Source of the DNA: a virus
IMG/VR virus record: IMGVR_UViG_3300048575_000222
Location: 1,778-65,777 of that record
Reading direction: 5' to 3' (one strand)
DNA: 64,000 bases
The stretch's first letter is position 1; each line of letters opens with the position of its first letter. Positions 57,648 through 64,000 of the stretch are shown here, piece after piece. The translations under genes were made by a program, and so were the position numbers. A model generated the notes under the pieces. It did no database searches. It was not told where the DNA came from and saw only the letters and a list, made by a program, of their open reading frames with translations.

Positions 57648-58331
57648 TCAGTCGAGATTCAGGCGGTAGCCGCCCCGCCGATCGGACCGGATCAACTGCC
57701 GCCAGTCCTTCTGCGACTTGAAGACGTCGGCCATGCGCAGGCTCTTGGAGCCGGCGCGCGACAGGATCGCCTTGCCGTTCTGCCAGGGCGCGCCGGCCTG
57801 CGCGGCCTCGTGCAGCGCGCGCACGACTTCCGCCTGGATCGGGCCCAGCTTGAACCGGCATCCATTGCAGCGGACCTCGAAGTAGTCGGCCGAGTGGATG
57901 AAGGGGGCCTCCTCCATCGGCTGTCCACCAGGCGAGAACCCGGTCTCGATCTCGAAACGGTCACGTTCGTCACGTCTTAGGAGGAGATCGCCGATCATGA
58001 CGAGGACGGGCTGCGCATCGCCCCAGGTCTTCGCGTAGTCGGCCTTCGGCGTCCGAAAGCTGTCGAGATGGACCTCGCCGCATCGGAAAAGCTGGAACAC
58101 GTCGCGGGCGTGGAGATCGAGCAGACCGCTGTAATGGCTCTGTTCCCGCGGCACGCGGTAGGGTTCGCCGTCGGCGCCTTCCTCGTAGTCGCCGAACTCG
58201 ATCGGCACGCCGAACACGCGCACCGACAGGCGGAGCTTGTCGTTCTCAGCAAGGTAGATCAGGTCCGCCTCCGTGATCTGCCACCGCTCGAGGATCTCGG
58301 GGAGCGTGAAGTACGATTTGTCGATGTGCAT
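57648..58331 (-). CDS. 227-aa putative transcription regulator divergent from the repressor
   Basis: YFTLPEILERW N-terminus and an HTH-like C-terminus. First gene of the leftward early operon. Confidence 0.7.
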   Translation of the reverse strand: MHIDKSYFTLPEILERWQITEADLIYLAENDKLRLSVRVFGVPIEFGDYEEGADGEPYRVPREQSHYSGLLDLHARDVFQLFRCGEVHLDSFRTPKADYAKTWGDAQPVLVMIGDLLLRRDERDRFEIETGFSPGGQPMEEAPFIHSADYFEVRCNGCRFKLGPIQAEVVRALHEAAQAGAPWQNGKAILSRAGSKSLRMADVFKSQKDWRQLIRSDRRGGYRLNLD

Positions 58332-58447
58332 TCACTGCCCTCCGCGCCGATTCCCGTGTAAGATGTTTACTTTATGTTCTTATTCGCTTGACGGGCTTCG
58401 ATCAATCCGATTTTATCCTATTTTATCCACAGATGGGTGGGGATGAC

Positions 58448-59125
58448 ATGACCGAGCACCACACGCTTTCCGACCGCCTCAGAGCCCGGGCCAATCAGCT
58501 CGGCATCAGTCCCGCCCACGTCGCCGAGATGGCCGGCGTGAACCGCTCCTTCGTCTACGACATCCTCCGTGGTCGCTCCGCGCGCCCCGGCATCGACCGG
58601 CTGGCCGAGGTCGCCCGCGTGCTGAAGGTGGACCGTGACTGGCTGATCCACGGCATCGGAGAGGTCGAAGGCACGCCCCCCTTCGTGGACAATCCCGACG
58701 ACGCCTTCGTGGCCATCGCGCACGCCACCCCACGCCCCGCGATGGGCGGCGGCGCGGTCGTGACCGAAGACGGCGACACGCCCGGGCGCGTCTATCACTT
58801 CCGCCGCTCCTGGATCCGCAACAGCCTGAAGGCCACCCCGTCGCAGCTGCGCATCATGCATGTGGAGGGCGACAGCATGGCGCCGACGCTGCTGAGCGGC
58901 GACGCGGTCCTGGTCGACATGACCCGCCGCGCGCCGAACCCGCCCGGCATCTTCGTACTGGACGACGGGATGGGTCTGGTGGCCAAGCGACTCGAGCACA
59001 TCCCCAACAGCGACCCGCCCGCGGTGCGCGTCATCTCCGACAACAAGCACTACCCCGAATACGAAAGAACGGCCGACGAGATCCACATCGTCGGCCGCAT
59101 CCGCTGGTTCGCGCGGGAGATCTGA
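58448..59125 (+). CDS. CI-like repressor: XRE HTH + S24 peptidase
   Basis: HTH (SPAHVAEMAGVNRSFVYDI), catalytic GDSM Ser and VAKRL Lys. Confidence 0.92.
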   Translation: MTEHHTLSDRLRARANQLGISPAHVAEMAGVNRSFVYDILRGRSARPGIDRLAEVARVLKVDRDWLIHGIGEVEGTPPFVDNPDDAFVAIAHATPRPAMGGGAVVTEDGDTPGRVYHFRRSWIRNSLKATPSQLRIMHVEGDSMAPTLLSGDAVLVDMTRRAPNPPGIFVLDDGMGLVAKRLEHIPNSDPPAVRVISDNKHYPEYERTADEIHIVGRIRWFAREI

Positions 59126-59126
59126 G

Positions 59127-59858
59127 GTGATCGCGTTCCGGGAGATCAACGATACCGAGCCAGCGCTGGCGCATTCACCGCTGGTGCGCGGGGTCGAGAA
59201 GACGTTTGCCTGGATCGGTGAGCATGGCGGCATCCCCCTGACGCCGTCCAAGGCGTTCAAGCGGGTCTTCGTGCACTGGGCCGCGGCAGAGTTCGACTGG
59301 CCCGGCCACACCGAGGCGGACCTCTTCGCCGTCAACAAGGTGCTGAACGAGCCTGACTTCGCCCCGCTTATGGTGCTGCACGACCTGATGATCGCGATGA
59401 AGCTCGGGCGGCACTACAAGGGTGAGTTCCGCCTGACCAAGACCGGCCAGGCGCTGACGGGCCATCCCGGCCGGATTTTCGGCACGGTCGTCCCGTTCTT
59501 CTTGTTCCGGATCAACCACGCCAGCATGTCGCGGTTCGACGACGCGCCGATCCTGGGCAACTGGGACGTGTTCCTGAACGTGCTCAACGTCGAGACCGAG
59601 GACGGCGCCACGGGCACGCACCTCCGCCGCGTGTTCTTCGGCGAGCCCGAGACAGGACCTCTCCCACGGTACGACGAGGTGATGGGCCAGCTCTACATCC
59701 AGGTGTTGCGTCCGCTCTGCTGGGCGGGCCTGTTGCAGCAGGAGCGGGGAACGGCCAGCTATCGCTTCGAGGAGGCGGTGTTCATGAAGACGCCGCTCTG
59801 GAGATCGGCGCTGGTTCTAGACACCGATGCACAGGTCGCGCCGGCGACACGTCACTGA
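59127..59858 (+). CDS. 243-aa hypothetical protein co-transcribed with the repressor
   Basis: GTG start 1 nt after the repressor stop. No recognised motif. Confidence 0.75.
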   Translation: MIAFREINDTEPALAHSPLVRGVEKTFAWIGEHGGIPLTPSKAFKRVFVHWAAAEFDWPGHTEADLFAVNKVLNEPDFAPLMVLHDLMIAMKLGRHYKGEFRLTKTGQALTGHPGRIFGTVVPFFLFRINHASMSRFDDAPILGNWDVFLNVLNVETEDGATGTHLRRVFFGEPETGPLPRYDEVMGQLYIQVLRPLCWAGLLQQERGTASYRFEEAVFMKTPLWRSALVLDTDAQVAPATRH

Positions 59859-59957
59859 TGCTCCGCCGGTTCCTATCCTCTGCGCAGGATTACGCGGGAA
59901 TCCCATAAGTCTTTGAATCCGATTGTTTTCGGAGGGTGCGCGGGTAGCGTTTCCCTC

Positions 59958-60185
59958 ATGCGAAACGTGCCGACAAATCCACAGCGGGGTTCAAACCCGC
60001 TGCCGCCCGACCAGATGACCCCCGCCGAGCGCCGCGCCGAGTTGTGCGGCCTGCTGGCGCTCGGGCTGGTCCGACTTCGACTGCGGGAAGAGGGCGAACC
60101 TTCTGACGATACTGGAGAAATTCGCCTACACTCTCCGGCCGACCGATGCCGTCATGCAACTCCAACTTACCGGAGACCCGCATGA
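59958..60185 (+). CDS. Small hypothetical protein
   Basis: MTPAERRAELCGLLALGLVRL segment, ATGA overlap with DUF2924. Start uncertain. Confidence 0.55.
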   Translation: MRNVPTNPQRGSNPLPPDQMTPAERRAELCGLLALGLVRLRLREEGEPSDDTGEIRLHSPADRCRHATPTYRRPA

Positions 60186-60634
60186 CGACCCACGATCCCA
60201 TTCCCGCTCGCCTGGCTGCGCTGAAGACCGCCACGACGCCTGAACTGAAGGCGCAGTGGCGTGATCTGTTCGACAGCGAGCCGCCGCCGTTCAACCGACG
60301 CTACCTGGAGAGCCGGCTGGCCTATCGCATCCAGGAACTCGCCTATGGCGGGCTGAAACCCGAGACCGTCCGGCGGCTGGAGCGGCTCGGCGAGGAACTG
60401 GACGGCGGCGACCGAAAGAAGAGCCGCGTCCGCGCCGACGCCATGCCCATCGCCGGCACGCGGCTGATCCGCGAATGGCAGGGTTTCGAGCACGTCGTCA
60501 CCGTGACCACGGACGGCTTCGAGTGGCAGGGACGGCCCTACAGGTCGCTATCGGCCATCGCCCGTGCCATCACTGGCACGCGCTGGAACGGCTGGGTGTT
60601 CTTCGGCCTGAAGAACCGGAGGGCGCGGACATGA
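60182..60634 (+). CDS. DUF2924-domain protein
   Basis: LAYRIQELAYGGL, GTRLIREWQG and SLSAIARAITGTRWNG motifs. Confidence 0.9.
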   Translation: MTTHDPIPARLAALKTATTPELKAQWRDLFDSEPPPFNRRYLESRLAYRIQELAYGGLKPETVRRLERLGEELDGGDRKKSRVRADAMPIAGTRLIREWQGFEHVVTVTTDGFEWQGRPYRSLSAIARAITGTRWNGWVFFGLKNRRART

Positions 60635-61956
60635 CGAAGGCGCCGGCAAAATCAGGAATGATCCGGAAACAGCGCTGTGCAATCTACACGCGCAAGTCTT
60701 CCGAGGAAGGGTTGGAGCAGGAGTTCAACTCGCTCCACGCCCAACGCGAGTCATGCGAGGCCTTCATCGCTAGCCAGCGATCCGAGGGATGGGTGCTCGT
60801 CCGCGATCAGTATGACGACGGCGGCATCTCGGGCGGGACGTTGGAACGCCCAGGCCTGCAGCGGCTGCTGGAGGACATCGAGGACGGGCTGGTCGACGTG
60901 GTCGTGGTCTACAAGATCGACCGGCTCAGCCGCTCGCTGGCTGACTTCGCCAAGCTGGTCGAGGTGTTCGACCGGAACGGCGTGACGTTCGTCTCGGTGA
61001 CGCAGTCCTTCAACACGACCACCTCCATGGGCCGGCTGACGCTGAACATCCTGCTGTCCTTCGCCCAGTTCGAGCGCGAAGTGACCGCCGAGCGCATCCG
61101 CGACAAGGTCGCAGCCAGCCGGAAGAAGGGGATATGGATGGGCGGGGTGCCGCCCTACGGATATCGCGTCGAGAACCGCAAGCTGGTTGTGGACGAAGAA
61201 ACCGCAGAGCATGTCCGCTGGATCTTCGCCCGCTTCCTCGAGATCGGATCGGGGACGGAACTGTCCCGCGAGGTCGCGAAGCGCGGCATCCGCACGCCCC
61301 GCGGCAACCGGATCGACAAGAAGTACCTGTATCGGATGCTGAACAACCGCGCCTATATTGGCGAGGCGGTCCACAAGGGCGAGAGCTATCCCGGCGAGCA
61401 CGACGCCATCATCGACCGCGAGACGTGGGACCGGGTGCATGCTATCCTGCAGGAGAGCCCGCGCAAGCGGGCGATGCGGACCCGCGCCGAGACGCCCGCG
61501 CTGCTGAAGGGGCTGCTGTTCGGACCGGACGGCGCGGCCTTCTCGCCGACGCACACCCGCAAGGGCGACCGGCTCTACCGCTACTACGTCAGCCAGACGG
61601 TGCTGAAGCACGGCGCGGGGGCCTGTCCGGTCGGCCGAGTCCCCGCCGCCGAGATCGAGGCGGCCGTCATAGACCAGCTCCGCGTCGTGTTTCGCCAGCC
61701 GGAGATCGTTGCAGGAACGTGGAAGGCCGCGCGCGCACGCGCCGACGACATCACCGAGGCAGACGCCCGCGCGGCGCTGCAGCAGCTCGATCCGCTGTGG
61801 GACGAACTGTTCCCAGCCGAGCAGGCCCGCATCGTCGCGCTTCTGGTCGAGCGCGTCGATATCGGCACGAACGGGCTGAACGTCCGGCTCCGGATGGACG
61901 GCCTCAGCAGCCTCGCGCGAGAGATGCTGGCTGGCGGCATCGAGGCGGCCGCATGA
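60631..61956 (+). CDS. Large serine recombinase (integrase)
   Basis: RCAIYTRKS catalytic Ser, DDGGISGG, VYKIDRLSRS and AQFERE, plus a recombinase domain. Confidence 0.95.
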   Translation: MTKAPAKSGMIRKQRCAIYTRKSSEEGLEQEFNSLHAQRESCEAFIASQRSEGWVLVRDQYDDGGISGGTLERPGLQRLLEDIEDGLVDVVVVYKIDRLSRSLADFAKLVEVFDRNGVTFVSVTQSFNTTTSMGRLTLNILLSFAQFEREVTAERIRDKVAASRKKGIWMGGVPPYGYRVENRKLVVDEETAEHVRWIFARFLEIGSGTELSREVAKRGIRTPRGNRIDKKYLYRMLNNRAYIGEAVHKGESYPGEHDAIIDRETWDRVHAILQESPRKRAMRTRAETPALLKGLLFGPDGAAFSPTHTRKGDRLYRYYVSQTVLKHGAGACPVGRVPAAEIEAAVIDQLRVVFRQPEIVAGTWKAARARADDITEADARAALQQLDPLWDELFPAEQARIVALLVERVDIGTNGLNVRLRMDGLSSLAREMLAGGIEAAA

Positions 61957-62339
61957 ACCGTGGAGCGACGATCCCCGAGACGGTGACGCTCCACGTGCCC
62001 TTCCGCGTCGTGAAGCGCGGCGGGCGGAAGGAGATGCAGTTGCCGGAGGGCGCCACGCACTCACGGCGCGCGGACAGCACGCTCGTCAAGGCGCTGGCCC
62101 GCGCTTTCCGGTGGAAACGGATGCTGGAGTCGGGCGAGTTCGCCACCGTCGCCGAACTGGCCGAGCGCGAGGGCATCGCGGCCTCCTACATGACCCGTGT
62201 CCTGCGCCTGACGCTGCTCGCGCCCGACATCGTCGAAGCGGTCCTCGACGGGAGGCAGGGACCGGAGGTGACGCTCACGCAGGTGCTGGAGCCGTTCCCG
62301 CTCACGTGGCAGCACCAAGCCCAGCATTTTACTCTGTAG
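61953..62339 (+). CDS. 128-aa HTH protein accompanying the recombinase
   Basis: ATGA overlap; ELAEREGIAASYMTRVLRLTLLAPDIVEA. Confidence 0.78.
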   Translation: MNRGATIPETVTLHVPFRVVKRGGRKEMQLPEGATHSRRADSTLVKALARAFRWKRMLESGEFATVAELAEREGIAASYMTRVLRLTLLAPDIVEAVLDGRQGPEVTLTQVLEPFPLTWQHQAQHFTL

Positions 62340-62421
62340 AGCCAAAACTGCATCTGGGAGGATTGACTCACGAGGCGAGCTCACTTATATCTCTGTAAAT
62401 CACCGTACAGAGGTTTCTTTC

Positions 62422-63012
62422 ATGCGGCTCGCGGAGCTCTCGGACATTCACTCCGGCTACACGGCACGCGGCAGGCTCGATCCGCTGTCGGAGGGTGGCG
62501 TGCCGGCGCTTCAGCTGCGTGACGTCGGAACGAACGGCGAAGCGCCAGGACCGGACTTCCAGAGGTACGACCTGGACAAGCTGTCCGACCGATACTTCGT
62601 CCGCGGTGGCGAGGTCGTCTTTCGATCGCGTGGCGAGCCGAACGCCGCGGCGGCCATTCCCGCTTCGCTGCCGGAGCCCGTCGTGGTCATCGTTCCGCTG
62701 GTGATCGTTCGCCCTGACAGGGCCCGCGTTCTCCCAGAATACCTCGCTTGGGCCATCAACCAGCCCGACGCGCAGCGCAGGCTCGGCGCGGAAGCGCAGG
62801 GCACAAGCCTCAGGATGATCCCGATGGCGGTCCTCGAGAACCTCGAGATTGCCGTGCCTGACCTGCCCACGCAGAAACGTATCGTTGAACTCGATGCCCT
62901 CGCCCGGCAGGAGGGGCAATTGCTACGTCAACTCGCCGCTCGCCGAGAAGAACTCGTAAGCGCCATTCTCGGCGAGGCCGCAAAGGGCGCCGACCAGAAG
63001 GAAATTGCCTGA
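62422..63012 (+). CDS. hsdS: Half-size type I R-M specificity subunit (single TRD)
   Basis: MRLAELSDI start, GEVVF, PEYLAW and LEIAVPDLPTQKRIV conserved region. 196 aa, coupled to hsdM. Confidence 0.75.
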   Translation: MRLAELSDIHSGYTARGRLDPLSEGGVPALQLRDVGTNGEAPGPDFQRYDLDKLSDRYFVRGGEVVFRSRGEPNAAAAIPASLPEPVVVIVPLVIVRPDRARVLPEYLAWAINQPDAQRRLGAEAQGTSLRMIPMAVLENLEIAVPDLPTQKRIVELDALARQEGQLLRQLAARREELVSAILGEAAKGADQKEIA

Positions 63013-64000
63013 TGACCGATCAGATTACCCAACAGCAGATCAACCAGACCGCCTGGGCGGCCTGCGACACCTTCCGGGGCGCCGTCGATGCCGGCCAGTA
63101 CAAGGACTACATCCTCGTGATGTTGTTTCTGAAGTACATATCGGACCTCTGGAACGACCACCTCGAAACCTACCGCAAGCAGTACGGCGGCGACGAGGCC
63201 CGCATTCGTCGACGCCTCGAACGCGAGCGGTTCATTCTGCCCGAGGGCGCCAGCTTCTACGACCTGTATGCCAAGAGGAACGAGCCCAACATCGGCGAAC
63301 TGATCAACGTCGCTCTGGAGGCTATCCAAGACTCGAACCTCGCGAAGTTGGATGGCGTATTCCGCAACATCGACTTCAACTCCGAGGCCAACCTCGGCCG
63401 CCCGAAGGATCGCAACCGCCGCCTCAAGAACCTCCTCGAGGACTTCGCCAAGCCTGCCCTCGACCTGCGCCCGTCGCGGGTGACCGAGGACATCATCGGC
63501 GAGTGCTACATCTACCTAATCTCGCGCTTCGCTTCGGACGCCGGGAAAAAGGCGGGCGAGTTCTACACGCCCACGGCCGTGTCGCGCTTGCTGGCCAAGC
63601 TGGCCGCGCCGCAGCCCGGCAACACGATCTGCGACCCTGCCTGCGGCTCCGGCTCGCTGCTGATCCAGGCCTCGCAGGAGGTCGGGTCCGAGAACTTCGC
63701 CCTCTACGGGCAGGAGGTAAACGGGGCAACCTGGGCGCTGGCCCGGATGAACATGTTCCTGCACGCCAAGGACGCCGCCCGCATCGAGTGGTGCGACACG
63801 CTCAACAGCCCGGCGCTGGTTGAGGGCGACCACCTCATGCGCTTCGACGTGGTGCTGGCCAATCCACCGTTCTCGCTCGACAAGTGGGGCGCGGAGGACG
63901 CCGACAGCGACCAGTACAAGCGCTTCTGGCGCGGCGTGCCGCCCAAATCCAAGGGCGACTACGCCTTCATTACCCACATGATCGAGATCGCCAAGCGGCA
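63012..64000 (+). CDS. hsdM: Type I R-M methyltransferase subunit, 3'-truncated
   Basis: WAACDTFRG, GEFYTP, DPACGSG, YGQE and ANPPF motifs. Frame is open to the window end. Confidence 0.95.
   Translation, partial: MTDQITQQQINQTAWAACDTFRGAVDAGQYKDYILVMLFLKYISDLWNDHLETYRKQYGGDEARIRRRLERERFILPEGASFYDLYAKRNEPNIGELINVALEAIQDSNLAKLDGVFRNIDFNSEANLGRPKDRNRRLKNLLEDFAKPALDLRPSRVTEDIIGECYIYLISRFASDAGKKAGEFYTPTAVSRLLAKLAAPQPGNTICDPACGSGSLLIQASQEVGSENFALYGQEVNGATWALARMNMFLHAKDAARIEWCDTLNSPALVEGDHLMRFDVVLANPPFSLDKWGAEDADSDQYKRFWRGVPPKSKGDYAFITHMIEIAKR

Larger units (their letters stand above)
15284..62339. mobile_element. Integrative prophage with lambda-like head, RcGTA-like tail and serine recombinase/DUF2924 integration module; probably partly defective
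   Basis: Contiguous head, tail, lysis, methylase, replication and regulation genes on the minus strand, with repressor and recombinase on the plus strand. No sheath gene. att sites were not identified, so the boundaries are the outermost phage genes. Confidence 0.9.

Noticed and set aside
63005-63823. 272-aa ORF overlapping hsdM
   Set aside because: It is the wrong frame. The real hsdM frame starts at 63012 and is absent from the track because it has no stop in the window.

Overview
High-GC sequence, probably alphaproteobacterial (Rhodobacterales-like by gene content). Most of the window (about 15.3-62.3 kb) is one integrative prophage. It combines a lambda-type head (small and large terminase, lambda portal, ClpP-type protease, decorator, capsid E), an RcGTA-type non-contractile tail (DUF2460, DUF2163, NlpC/P60, GTA_TIM/phage-tail_3, DUF2793), a lysis cassette, two DNA methyltransferases, a replication/recombination module, an S24 repressor and a DUF2924 + serine recombinase integration module. 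Candidate defence genes flank and interrupt it. On the left is a Druantia type III-like pair whose 2022-codon helicase is broken by one in-frame TAG, followed by an uncharacterised 1845-aa STAND-like ATPase and a coupled 332-aa partner. Inside are a 1055-aa restriction-endonuclease-fold gene between primase and putative origin, a VapBC module in the tail operon, and a low-GC gene pair sharing a C-terminal GEPxYLSDGV motif. On the right is the start of a type I R-M locus. Two prophage genes are frameshifted (DUF2163 and a spanin-like gene). No rRNA, tRNA or CRISPR array was seen. All family names come from motif recognition and gene context, not from database searches.
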